Assembly: GCF_000150275.1 (NCBI RefSeq)
Contig: NW_002060946.1
Coordinates: 3,801,454 to 3,865,453, forward strand
From: Trichoplax adhaerens
Taxonomy: Eukaryota; Animalia; Placozoa
Length of the DNA stretch: 64,000 nucleotides
Direction of reading: 5' to 3'
Position 1 is the first letter of the stretch, and the number at the start of each line of letters is the position of its first letter. Below the pieces are notes generated by a model. It worked only from the letters and a program-made list of their open reading frames with translations. It was not told the DNA's origin and made no database searches. The translations under genes were made by a program, and so were the position numbers. Positions 1-12,495 of this stretch are shown in pieces.

Positions 1-3000
1 ACGGGAAATGCGTCTTCATGCAGAAGATTATAAGAAACGATTACAAAGTACATTTGATCAATTACTATCTCAAATCCCCAAGGTAATTTCTTGCTATAAT
101 GATCTACTCTATTTTGAATATCTACAGTAAATTGTAGATTATTCTACATGCTATGCTATTTGTGTCAACTTTTTAATGGATACTTTAAGAAAGAAGGTGT
201 AATCTGCTATAATAATTTGTTGCAGAGGATTCGCCTCATGACCTTAAAAGAACTACGAGGTAAAGATGATGAACAATGTCAGTAATCAAATTGTTGACTT
301 TCGTCGTATACTATACAGTAACCTGAAATAAGATTGATTGATTAGTATCCAACCGATAACTTTAATATACTAATTAGGAGTTTCTCATGCCAATCGTACG
401 ATGTAGTTCATTTCATCCTTTACTAACATTTATCGATACAGAGAGGTTGTAAATGATTTTAATAGTACATATAGGCCAAGTGTATACGGTACACTGGCAT
501 ACTCGTACCTAGCCATAGCCTAGATGTGCCTAACACAGTAATTATACTTAGGGGTGTCAGAGGTTCCATCCTAACCAGTAACCTAAGTTTACAGTAATTA
601 ACTATTTTCCTCAAATTCTATGAGAGTAATTGTTGCTCATGATCAGAAACGATTGCAATATGTTTGACATAACCGTGTGAATTGAACTAATGAGCAACAT
701 AATTTATCTTTCTTTCCAAATTATTGTGGCATACTTCTTGTATGCTTTCAATGTCCTTTGAAAATAAAGAAGAGGATAAGAAACAAGAGGTCAGTCTGAT
801 TTTATTCCTAGATAACTATAATTACTCATTTCTTAGTATATAGCACCAGATACTTTATGCTTTGCAGTCAGTTCATTATAGAATAATACATTACTACAGA
901 CTTATTGTCATATGATGGCAATTCTAATAACTTTGTAGATCATATTACAACTGTAATTTACAAGGGATTATATGTAGGCTGTATATGTTTGAATGTCATG
1001 TCTGTCTGAAGATAAATGTACGTTTTTACGATCTATATCTTGAAAACGAATTAAAAACTAGCCAGAAGTACCATTATACCACCGTAACACTGTCTTCAGC
1101 TTTTAACCACAATGTAATAGTATAAACAATAATCCTCGCCAATATTAACTTTAAAATTACTATCTCGAACTTTAATTATTTACAGAAAGAACTAGGAAAT
1201 ATTTCAAATGTTATTGCTTATGTTAACATGAAGACTCAAGATTACATGAGGTATCCAACATACACATTTCCTATTATTTAGGTCATTTATACATTTAGAA
1301 AGTACTTTCGCCCCGACGGTAGTTGATACCCTTATTCTGTATAGAATAAATATCACAAAAAATGTATTGTAATAACTTGTCGATAACTGACAAAGTGTTA
1401 AACGTCTTTCAAATAGTTGTTAAAAGAATGTATGTACAATTTACTACGTCAACTTCTTATCACTATACTATAAAGTGTGGATCTCATTTTCAGGAAGTGT
1501 CAATATTTTACTGTATACTGTATTGCATCGCAAAAGTTAATAATACGCTTATAGAGTTTACTGATATATTCTTAGCAATGAAAATCAAGGTAGCAAGAAG
1601 GATGGTAATTTCGCTACACCTGGTATGTTGAACTTAATGTATCTATATATATGTATATAATACTGCGTCTGATCACCGATCTTATATTTAATGGTATAAG
1701 ATTTTGAACACGTATAGTATGAAATAAAAGTCATTTTTTAATTTCTATTCCACTAGCTGCATGGACGTCAAATAGTCTAAGAAGCCAAAGAAAGCGAAAA
1801 CCTTTAGGAGAGGTATCACTGTAATTTATGTAAAATAGTTTTCTTGCTAGTACATTATTATTGTATGTATGTATGTACCACTGAATGATATCATATTTTA
1901 CTTAATACTACAAGTATAAGGTTAAACTAATATCTGTATTAATTACCCATTATTTAGTCAAGTGAGAATATGAGAAACCAAGCCCCTGCTACAGCTAGAC
2001 CTAACAAGGTTATCGCTTTAATAGTTGTTATACTGTATTTTTAAAATCCGAACCATTTGCTGCATAAAATATTATATATTACGTTATAGATAAGAGTAGT
2101 TAGTAACATTATTATTAAACCAGAATGAAATGTTTTTTTAATTCCCTTCTTGGACTGTTGATTTAGTTTCTAAAATGGCCTAAATGTAAGTCAATTTATT
2201 GAAGATTTTTACTATTCAAACTTTTCAGACAAAAAGGGGACCAACGCAGACACCAGCCGTTAGGCACAGTTCAAGGTACAAATCAATTGTACTAAAAAAT
2301 ATGCGATACGTATAATACTATTTATAAATTATGAGCTTTCTTATCTCTTTCCTTGAAATATCAACTTTAAGATTGAAGTCTAGAACGGAGTCTAAACGAC
2401 CAAGCCAAGTACCACAAAATAATTTCATTACTCCAGCAGCTAAAAAAACTATAGCACAACTGTCTACTACTACCGCCACTGGTATCAAGTCAAGGTTATG
2501 ATAAAACCATGTCATTTTACTTTCAAATCGAATTCTCCACAGTTTAAAATATTATTATGTCTTGCATTATTGCAAATTCATAATTCTGTAAAAAACATTG
2601 ATTTAGTCTAGATTGCCTACTGATCAATTATAGAGTAATTGCCAGTATACGCATATGTCTGCTATTTTAACTCATATATTGAATTATATTTCCATGGGCA
2701 ATAAAGATACATTCGACCCGGTGAAATCTGTGTTTCTATACATGGTTCACCAGTTTCGCATTTTAGCGAAGAAACACCTGTTTCGAAGCGGCAAGTCATG
2801 GACAATAAGGCAAGTTTAACAAATAATTTTACGAGTGCTAAGATTACGGGATTCCTAAATACTTAGCATTGGTATTTCAGATTTTGCAAATGCTAGCTTC
2901 CAGACATGTTCCTGAAAAACTCGACGAAGAAACGATTCAAGAATTGAACCGTTGGAAGGTTATTAACGCTGACATTATCATTTAATCTACTAAAGTTGAA

Positions 3001-3086
3001 ATAAAATAATTAACTGAACTTTGTATTATTCTTGATGTTTCCTTTAGGAAAGAATGGATCACATCCTGATACAAACTAAGAATTAA
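1..3086 (+). CDS. CDCA8: Borealin (chromosomal passenger complex subunit), multi-exon, 5' end lies outside the window
   Basis: Exons 1-81 and 226-259 give REMRLHAEDYKKRLQSTFDQLLSQIPK/RIRLMTLKELR, resembling the Nbl1/Borealin N-terminal IP-xx-R-x-MTL-x-EL motif. A middle exon contains NNFITPA. Exon ~2707-2809 gives RPGEICVSIHGSPV (Borealin GE...NGSP motif). Exons 2881-~2958 and 3048-3086 give KLDEETIQELNRWK/ERMDHILIQTKN*. The phases of some middle exons (1186-1610) are unresolved. Confidence 0.75.
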
Positions 3087-3806
3087 TCTTTCGACGGCAT
3101 CAAGAACTTTGCCGTCCATGTTAATATTGTTACAATTATGCTACAATTAATTATTTACCTACTACTACTGATTGGATTATCATGGTTCAATTTACTGAAT
3201 GTATGAACATTTTCTATGTCAGCTTTACTGTATTACTGTATTAATTTTATTGAATCTCTAGTATTTAGATCTAGTCGTAAATCAATCGATATTGTAAATC
3301 AGTTAATCAAATTGCCCGTATTTGTATTTAAGATATAAATCTCGTTTATTTGTTACCTTTCTCATCTATTTTGAGAGTATCTGTACAAAATTCATATACA
3401 GTAAAGTTACATTAATAAATAATCTATATATTTGGCTGACAAACATTACGACATTATAAAGTATGGCATTAAGGTTTTATCATATTAATTCTTTCAGAAG
3501 CATTACATGAACAAATCCTTTTTAGCTACAAGGTTCATATTCAAATATACTGTAGACGGACACGTGTAACATAATTATAATACCTGCAATCTTGGACCTG
3601 TATAAAAATATTATTGACAGTACTTTTTACCCAATGATAATTTAAAAATATGCTAGTGCACATTAAAAGGTGATTAAATTCGCTACAAATTCACCGATTC
3701 GAAGTCCGGCCCTAGCCTGATCAAGTCTCTTCCAAACACAAGGAAGCCGAGGATAAAAACATTATATTGCAATATTCATGTAAAGCATTTAATTAAAATG
3801 GCAGTA

Positions 3807-6800
3807 TTACGCGTTAGATTCATCAGCTTTACGTTTTCTCCTTGATAAATCCTAAAAAAAACCAAAGATAATTAATTACTAAACCAAATTCCTATGAACT
3901 ATGATTAGCGATAATTTATCAAACTTACGGTTCCATATTCATAGTAATGGGGTGCCAGTTCGTATAGCCATGAAGGCTCAATCTAAATGAAAGAGCAAAA
4001 ATAAAGACCTTTAACATTTCATGATTGTAAAATTATACCTAGACATCACTTACGACTGTAATGTCTCTCATATAATCCTTCTTTGTTTGGAGAACTTCAT
4101 GGAATATTACCCTTTATAATAAGAAATAAATACTATAGTTTTATGCCTATCATTAATCAAGTGAGATTAAATAACGTGCTGTATACAATAGCGTATCTAT
4201 GCCTATTTGCTACTTGCTAATTTCATTTTAAATTACACAGTACATGCATAGTATTACGATAGCGTTGTAATACTATACCATTTTGGAGGTTCCTCAGTGT
4301 AGAGTACAGAATTTGGATGGATATGTAAGACATGATTATCCCGAATTGTTCTAAAGAGTTAGTTAATAAAGAAGAATAAATTACAGGATAATTAATTACC
4401 TCGAATAACCTACAATACGAGCGCATAAGGGATATTTAAAATGTCATTACTGGCGTGTACGACACAGTGAACACACCATGCCGTAATAGATTGCTATAAC
4501 TAAAGTAAGTCTCTGAAGAGACTGTAGCCATCATAATACCTATAACAACCATCACCACAGTATTTTGCTGCGTTAGCAAAGAATCCTGTAACAAGGCATT
4601 TACATACCGCCTCAGGATCATCTACACAAGAATATGACAACAGTAACAGTTAATAGATATTATACACATTCATATCTGAATCGATAAACCTACGATAAAC
4701 CGCAGCTTAAATTATTAATTTGAAATACATAATAGATTCTATATCTGATACATTTTAACACTATTTTATTTTATTTTTATAAACATATTACTGAACTACA
4801 TATGGGATCTATTATAATTATTGACAACTATATTTTTTACTAGCACTTTCACTTTAATCGTTAGCAAGGCACAATCTGCAATCAATCATTCATACCGTCA
4901 CATGATATTAATGGCAATTTAAATTTCTTCATAAAAACTTTTAATCGTTCCCTTATGGCAACCGCTTTAGTTAGAGCTAGCAATTAAAGAATTACTGTTC
5001 AGAAATAAGTATATCATTCATTTAAAACATAAATAATCTATAAACTATTACTGTACGTCCCAGATCAATGTACATTGGTAAAATTAAATAATTCCAAAAC
5101 ACTTACCTTTATAATTTAGGTAATTTTCTTGACACCACTTTGAACTTTTTCGACACTAATTAAAATGAATTTCGAATTCAATACGAAATCTATTCGCTGC
5201 ATAATAGAAAAGTGCTTGTGTTTGAATGTAAACTAGTTATCATCACCCTCATAAACGCTTTATAGACATTTAATAGTGTTAAATGATCTCCCTCATACAC
5301 AGCAAATTTTCTACGAGCATTATCCTTAAAAAAAAATACGATGCGACGTTCGTAAGTAATAAAAATATTATATCACTAAAGCTAATAATAACATGAGGTA
5401 TAAGACGACATACAGAGGCTGCTTTTCTCTTTGGCGGTGTATAAAATATATTCTGTACTTGCAACATTGCTGTGATTGTAAGAATTTCTTCGGAACATTC
5501 CAACTTGCCTTTATGAACGTCAATAATAACATATTATTAATAAATAGTGGGATAAAAATTTTACCTTGATATGAAATTAGTTTCACTCACTCGATGACAA
5601 TAGCATTTTCCCGAGCATAGGATCAACAGGTAACTCAGCCATTTTATTTCCGCATCCTAATGTTAGCCTACCGTAATCGTCTAATGCTGCCAATAATATC
5701 ATGGAAATAAGATGAATACTTTGGTAATAAACTCTATCAAATTGTTGATTTAATAGATTTAAGCTAACCTTCAAGAGCATACAGTAATTCTAATGATCGG
5801 ATCATATTCTTAGCCGGTGGCGGTGACAAAAAATCGAAACGCAGTACATTATCAATACCTAAAGCTTTCAACTGAATAACTACCGCGCTTAAATTAACTC
5901 TTTGCATTTCAGGAACAGTAGCAGATGATAATAACTTTTCGTAATCTTTTTCCGTCAATAGCCTATACGCTTTGCCAGAACGAACACGACCAGCACGCCC
6001 AGCGCGTTGCTTAGCTGAAGCCTTTGAGATTGGTACTATAACTAGTGACTCCATTCCAGCATTAGGAAGAACCATTTTTAATTTAACAAATCCACAATCC
6101 ACTACATAAACAACTCCATCAATCGTTATGGATGCTTCGGCAATGTTCGTTGCATAAATAACCTATAGCGACGACAGTTCAACGATCGTCCAAATTTCAA
6201 TACAATGTTTAAATGGATTAACACCTATTTATAGCAATCTGCAGAGTTATTAAGAGCCTTTCTACTGAACTCGTAATTTGCACTACTTACTTTTCGCATA
6301 TTTTCAGGAGTTTTTTTGAACACTTTAAGCTGCTCGCCTGGAGGTAATCCACCATACATAGGCAATGGCATTAACTTTTGTTGCAATTGATGATTGTAAT
6401 CATTAGTCATATTGACTGCAGTTTCAACTTCTTCCTGACCGGTAAGAAATACTAAAATATCACCGCGTTTTTCATTTTGGTGAATTTTAAAGACGGTGTC
6501 CACAGCTGCTTTGATGTAATCTGGTACTGGATCAGCGGTGTAATGAATATCGACAGGAAACATGCGGCCTTCAATTGATAAAATGCTAGCAGTATCAAGA
6601 CTAGTATCATCAGTAGTATTGGAATTAAAGAAATCACGAAATGCTTCAGCATCCAATGTAGCCGATGATATAATAATTTTTAGTTCAGGTCGTTTCTTTT
6701 GTATCTTTTTCAATAATCCAATAACAACATCAGTATTGATTGTTCTCTCATGAGCTTCATCAAGCATAACCACACTATATCTTCGTAGTAACGGATCAGC

Positions 6801-7924
6801 CATCATTTCACGTATTAATAATCCATCTGTTACAAACTGAAATTTCAATAAGGATAATATTAAGATTGATTTGTACTTATTGAAATGATATTCAAGTCGG
6901 TAGGCTAACCTTAATACGTGTTAATGTTTTATCGGTACAGTCTTCAAATCGGATAGCATAACCAACTTCTCGACCCAGGTATACACCTTGTTCTTCTGCT
7001 ACTCGTGTTGCTACAGTAACAGTAGCGATACGTCGTGGTTGGGTAACACAGATAACTCGACCCCCTTTGGACCAGCCACTTTCATGAAGATATTGTGGGA
7101 TCTGAGTTGATTTACCACAGCCAGTTTCACCCACAACAACCAAAGTTGAATATTTTTCAAGCATATATAAAATATGATTTCGATACTATATGCAAGCAGG
7201 ATAGAATTTATAAGTGAATGAAGATCTCTCGTTAGTAAATACATGCGCGTACATGCACTATACTGTTAGGAATTCCTTTCTAGCAGTACTGCAGTCAGAT
7301 AATAATTTTACGTACCATTATGAGTCTGTAACAAACCGCCCCTGTCTGACATGGACGGCATACATTTACTGAATAGTCTAGATGTTATCAATCTTTTACC
7401 GATTCTATCATGTACTTTCTACTGTAGTTATCGAAAATAAGCATAGTCTCATCCGTTTATTCAATTCTTATATACTGTAAGTATATATCATTCTTTTCTT
7501 CAAGATCTATTCGTTAATTGAGCTATTACTCCTATAGAAGTATACGTTTACAGTATGTGCAGTACTAGCCTTGATAGAAACATTTCTAACCCAGTTTATA
7601 AACCTTATCCATATGATAAGTAACATAAAAACAGATATCAACTTTAAATAACTCATTTCCAACCTGAAATACAGGTAATCTTTGCCTTTGCTGTGTTAAT
7701 GGCAGCGTCATAAACCTGTTGTAATGGATGCATTCTCCAGCGCCTTGGCTCACTTCACGACGCTCAATTTCATCACTCTCATTGGCGCCTGCATAAACAG
7801 TAATATATCATGCATACATCAGGCTACAAATTGCACCAATTATTATCGTTAGAAATGCTCTACAGTTAATCTATTAAGGGATACCTGGCCTTAAAAACTT
7901 CGGTTTAAAAGTGAAGTCCGACAT
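3807..7924 (-). CDS. DHX35: DEAH-box RNA helicase DHX35, about 15 exons
   Basis: ATG at 7924 ([14 protein letters not shown]), then [17 protein letters not shown], Walker [42 protein letters not shown]2 ([24 protein letters not shown]) and OB-fold ([22 protein letters not shown]). Last exon [14 protein letters not shown], stop at 3807-3809. GT-AG junctions are in frame. Confidence 0.93.
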
Positions 7925-8163
7925 TTTTCCTTTGCAAGGGCGATCGGTCACTAACAGTAAGCAGCTAGCCGTAGCTGTATCGTAACGTACAGTATTACGA
8001 TACTGTACTGTACTGTACAATGTACTGTAGGTCATGCGCAGCTAGCGTATGAGATACTGTACTGTACTGTACAGTGTACAGTACAGTAGGTACGGTACCG
8101 TACAGGACCGAACTCGAGCCCTATCTCAAGTCCGGTTAGGAAAAGGAGTAGTAGAAGATAATC
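7925..8163. promoter_or_regulatory. Bidirectional promoter between DHX35 and PM20D2, rich in TACTG/CAGTA repeats
   Basis: Only 239 bp separate the divergent ATGs. Contains tactgtactgtactgtac runs (~8001, ~8055) and CATGCGCAG at 8033-8041. Confidence 0.7.
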
Positions 8164-9369
8164 ATGGCTTCGCCTCAAGAGCTGAAAGCGATTGCCGTTC
8201 AAAGTATCGATAAAGAGGAATCGAATTTATTAATGATCAACAGAGAAATCCTAAATAATCCTGAATTAAAATATGAGGAATTTAAAGCTCATCAACTCTT
8301 AACTGATTTCTTTGAAAAGGCTGGCTTCCATGTCGATCGTAGTTATACTTTACCGACTGCATTTCGTGCTGTTTACTCTTCAAATGATCAAGGACCTAAA
8401 GCTTGCGTTATTTGTGAATATGATGCGTTGCCTGGTATCGGCCATGCATGTGGCCATAATTTAATTGCAGAGGCAGGAGTAGCTGCTGCTCTTGGCATTA
8501 AAGCAGCCATGGAAGCAAGCGATATCAATTTAGGCCAATTAATTGTCTATGGAACACCAGCAGAAGAAGGCGGTGGTGGAAAAATCAAAATGATCCACAG
8601 TGGCTGCTTTAAGGACATCGATTTTGCAATGATGGTTCATCCATTTCCATTTGATGCTACTTATGGCAACTTAATTTGTCTACAACGTGTAACGGCTACT
8701 TATCATGGTAAAAGTTCACATGCAGCTGCTTTTCCATGGGAAGGCGTTAATGCGTTAGATGCAGCTGTCCATGCATATACTGCTCTTTCCTTGATGCGCC
8801 AGCAGATGAAATCGGGCTGGAAGATTCATGGCATTATTGCTGAAGGTGGTACCATGCCTAATATTATACCTGCAACATCCAAACTAGATTATTTTATTAG
8901 AGCGCCTTTAATGCGTGATATGCAAGAATTACAAGATAAATGTGAAGCTTGCTTTCGTGGTGCTGCTGAAGCAACTGGATGTACAGTTGATATTGCTTTT
9001 GAAAGAATTGAAGGAGATTATTTTCAAGATGTGATCACCAATCCTATTATGGCTGATTTATATGAGAAAAATGTAGCTACCCTCGGTCTTGTAATGCCCA
9101 GTAGGGCAGAACAGTTAACTTTTCCCTCGGGCTCTACTGATATGGGGAACGTCTCTCACATTCTACCCACTATTCATCCTTTTTATGCAATTGATACTGA
9201 GGCTGCTAACCATACACCCGAATTTACCAAAGCATCCTCTACCATGCAAGCGCATCAACAAACCATTATTGCTGCTAAAACCATGGCAATGACTACCATT
9301 GATATCCTAACAGATTATAACTTGTTGGAAAGTATTAAATTGCAATTCAATGCCCAAAAATCGCTATAG
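8164..9369 (+). CDS. PM20D2: Peptidase M20 domain-containing protein 2 (ACY1L2-like amidohydrolase), single exon, 401 aa
   Basis: Uninterrupted ORF with NPELKYEE, EYDALPGIGHACGHNLI, GTPAEEGGGGK, HAAAFPWEGVNALDA, GSTDMGNVS and NHTPEF motifs. Confidence 0.93.
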   Translation: MASPQELKAIAVQSIDKEESNLLMINREILNNPELKYEEFKAHQLLTDFFEKAGFHVDRSYTLPTAFRAVYSSNDQGPKACVICEYDALPGIGHACGHNLIAEAGVAAALGIKAAMEASDINLGQLIVYGTPAEEGGGGKIKMIHSGCFKDIDFAMMVHPFPFDATYGNLICLQRVTATYHGKSSHAAAFPWEGVNALDAAVHAYTALSLMRQQMKSGWKIHGIIAEGGTMPNIIPATSKLDYFIRAPLMRDMQELQDKCEACFRGAAEATGCTVDIAFERIEGDYFQDVITNPIMADLYEKNVATLGLVMPSRAEQLTFPSGSTDMGNVSHILPTIHPFYAIDTEAANHTPEFTKASSTMQAHQQTIIAAKTMAMTTIDILTDYNLLESIKLQFNAQKSL

Positions 9370-10455
9370 ACTTGCAAGGATTGCATATCTAATTCTGTAG
9401 TGCAAGACTTACCTTCTTAAAATAGGGACATCTAATGTAAAAGAAAATTTCCCTGGTTGAAACTACTGATTTGTACAGATATATATCTATATATATACAT
9501 GATAATTACATTAGGTAAACATTACAGGTAGTCTTGTATTGATATACAGCTATGGCTCCTTACTAGCTTTAGTACTCACCTAACTTTACAGTTGATAGTT
9601 ACCTTTTACATTCAAAAATAACTATTGGAACTATTATCAGAGATGAAAAAAAAAAATTGACTATTTTACGATACTATGCAATATAAAGTGGACGTATGTT
9701 GTCTTTATTTGCATCCAGTTTATAACAGATTTTTGTAATGACTGTTAGTTGGATCAGATCTTGCCTGCAATAATTCATTCTAATTTAATTCTATACTGCA
9801 CATTTCTGTATACATACAACTATTAACTCTCCAATGACAGTACACACCAATGCCTTACAATATTGGCGTTGTCATGTTATGTATTGTTCTAACTAGTGGC
9901 ATTGAACGCATTTCTCTTACCTGATTTAATGGTTAAAATAATTTATTCTCTACATTCAATGTCAACACATTCATACGTTAACAACAGCGAAAGTATAGAA
10001 ATTAGAATTTTATATACGTAATAAATATCTTGTATGCCAGCAGCTATAAGTTGCAATACGCAAATGTTCAAATTGTTAATAATGCATTGTAATAATAAAG
10101 GAAATTTTTGGACAAGAGAACAGAGTACTTTAAATACAATAATTGATCAATTCTATTTAACTTTGAAATTTATTTAATAATCGCCGTAAAACTTTCAATA
10201 TGGCAGATTGTGCTTTGGGTGTAGCCACTCGATTTCCCCGAATTATCCATTGCTGGGCTTACTTATTTGGCTAGTTATGTAATGAAAATGATTGAAATAG
10301 CACGCAAAGTGTAAAGCGAGCGAGGGGTCGACTAGTCGACGTCCTATACTAAGATTGTACTGATTAGGGCTTTAAGGATTACTAATTAATCGGAGTTATT
10401 ATATCATAAATGCCCTCTTGCTGTTTTAAAGGAAGGGTGATATGAACCGTGGACG

Positions 10456-10531
10456 ATACAAAGTCTGGATATCGATGGTGTTAATGGTATCGGCTATACA
10501 TTTAATACCATCGATATCCTGACTTTTTTAT
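10456..10531. other. Long near-perfect hairpin (inverted repeat); candidate structured RNA
   Basis: AAAGTCTGGATATCGATGGTGTTAA (10460-10484) pairs with TTAATACCATCGATATCCTGACTTT (10502-10526) with one T/T mismatch and one G-U pair. Confidence 0.6.
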
Positions 10532-11203
10532 GCAGCTGAGAGTGTTAGGTATAGCAGAAACTCAATAATAATGAAGCAAGAGGAAATAGTACAGTCACTC
10601 ATCTTTTCAGTGAGCTGTCCCAGAAACTTCTAAACAAATTTCGGGGGCAGCAATCGCTGTTAATCCGAAGATAACCAGATAGACAAGACATGAGCTATTT
10701 GTTAAACATAGTACAGTACAGAGGTAGTGATATACGTGATTTTGCTGGACACCCTTGTATCTCGCACACTTATCAATTCTACCAACTTTATGTTGTAGGA
10801 GCACCGACCATTTTTCATTTCCACTTGTTAATTCTACGTTATAACAGTGGACAGACAATGCTATGTAGACTAATTAATCCGCTATTCTACTGTTTAATCT
10901 TATAACTATTAGACGTTATCATTGTGAAGGTGCGTATCTAAAAGTCGTCATTTTTCAATCAATTACTAAGGTGAGAATCAGGTAGTACAGTAAGTTGGAC
11001 ACAGATTTTGAATGCTAGTGCGATTTGCTTTCTCCTATCATACCCTTAACTATTCTACTATTCTACCGTACAATCTTAGTAAGCAATCTTGTAACTAAGG
11101 TATACTGTACAGTACTGTATTACGGAAGACATCGGAGACCTGCACACGAGTAGATATTATCACTGTGAATCTTGCATGTACTGTATAAAAGCTGCTTGCC
11201 ATT

Positions 11204-12148
11204 TTTCAATGAACGAGAATGGGGATTTAGTAGTTAGCTTGAAACAAACTTTAACTACTGTACTTGCACGATTTCTCTCATGTCATGGCATGTGTAGATA
11301 GTGCTACATAGATTAATTGATTATTCTACTGTACAATCTTCTAGCGATAGCGTGGTTATCTTTCAATGAATGAGAATGAGGGCTTAGTAGTTAGTTAGCT
11401 TGAAACAAACTTTAACTACTGTGCTTGCACGATTTTTCTCATGCCATGGCATGAGTAGACAGTGCTACGTAGATTAATTGATTATTCTACTGTACAATCT
11501 TCTAACTATAGCGTAGTTATCTTTCAATGAATGAGAATGAGGGTTCAGTAGTTAGTTAGCTTGCAACAAACTTTAACTACTGTGCTTGCACGATTTCTCT
11601 CATGCCACGGCATGAGTAGATAGTGCTACGTAGATTAATTGATTATTCTACTGTACAATCTTCTAACGATAGCGTGGTTATCTTTCAATGAATGAGAATG
11701 AGGGTTCAGTAGTTAGTTAGCTTGCAACAAACTTTAATTACTGTGCTTGCACGATTTCTCTCATGCCATGGCATGAGTAGATAGTGCTACGTAGATTAAT
11801 TGATTATTCTACTGTACAATCTTCTAACGATAGCGTGGTGGTTATCTTTCAATAAATGAGAATGGAGGTTGAGCAGTGAGCTGGATACAAACTTGAACTA
11901 TTTGCACGATTTCTCTCATGTTGATGGCATGAGTAGATAGTGCTACGTAGATTAATTGGTTATTCTACTGTACAATCTTCTAACGATAGCGCCGTCATCT
12001 TTCAATAAATGAGAATGGAGGTTGAGCAGTGAGCTGGATACAAACTTGAACTATTTGCACGATTTCTCTCATATTGATGGCATGAGTAGATAGTGCTATG
12101 TAGATTAACTCATGATTCTACTGTATGGTACAATCTTCTAACCATAGC
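11204..12148. repeat. Tandem array of about 6 copies of a ~161-bp unit, in two subtypes
   Basis: The CAAAC anchor recurs at 11245, 11406, 11567, 11728, 11888 and 12041 (periods 161, 161, 161, 160, 153). The last two copies share diagnostic changes (ggaggttgagcagtgagctggatac). Confidence 0.95.
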
Positions 12149-12495
12149 TAATGGCCTCCAAGGAGCAAAGCTGCTTCTCCATGACACTATGCTAGTTAAG
12201 TAGTTAAGTAGTTATAGACCATAGTATAACTAGAAGTGGATGACAGCAGAGAGACTTCTGTACAGTACGGTACATTCACCATAGCGAGTGACATGTTTGG
12301 AGCCAGGGTGTACAGTACTGTACTGTACAGTGTAGCGTACTGTATTGTCAGCGTCAGGACTGTACTGTACGACTGGACTTTGACTTTGTCACCACGTATG
12401 AGCTGACCGGTGCCAAGGTGACACTTGCACAAGGTGACCTTCTACTTCATTTAACCTACTGGCTGCTCGTGCCTTTCTGCCAACTGGAAATCAAG

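Noticed and set aside
7790-7884. DHX35 intron 1 donor GTATCCCTT resembles a U12-type 5' splice site
   Set aside because: It mismatches RTATCCTT, and there is no CCTTAAC-type branch point near the acceptor, so it is probably U2-type.
10300-10340. GC-rich stretch ending in CTAGT as a possible Helitron 3' end
   Set aside because: No clear subterminal hairpin and no second copy or 5' terminus in the window.
10607-10905. Opposing 83-aa and 71-aa ORFs in the structured island
   Set aside because: No homology signal or convincing splice context; they look like chance ORFs.
11204-12148. Regularly spaced repeats with internal palindromes resembling a CRISPR array
   Set aside because: Whole units repeat with no unique spacers, no cas genes are present, and the context is eukaryotic.
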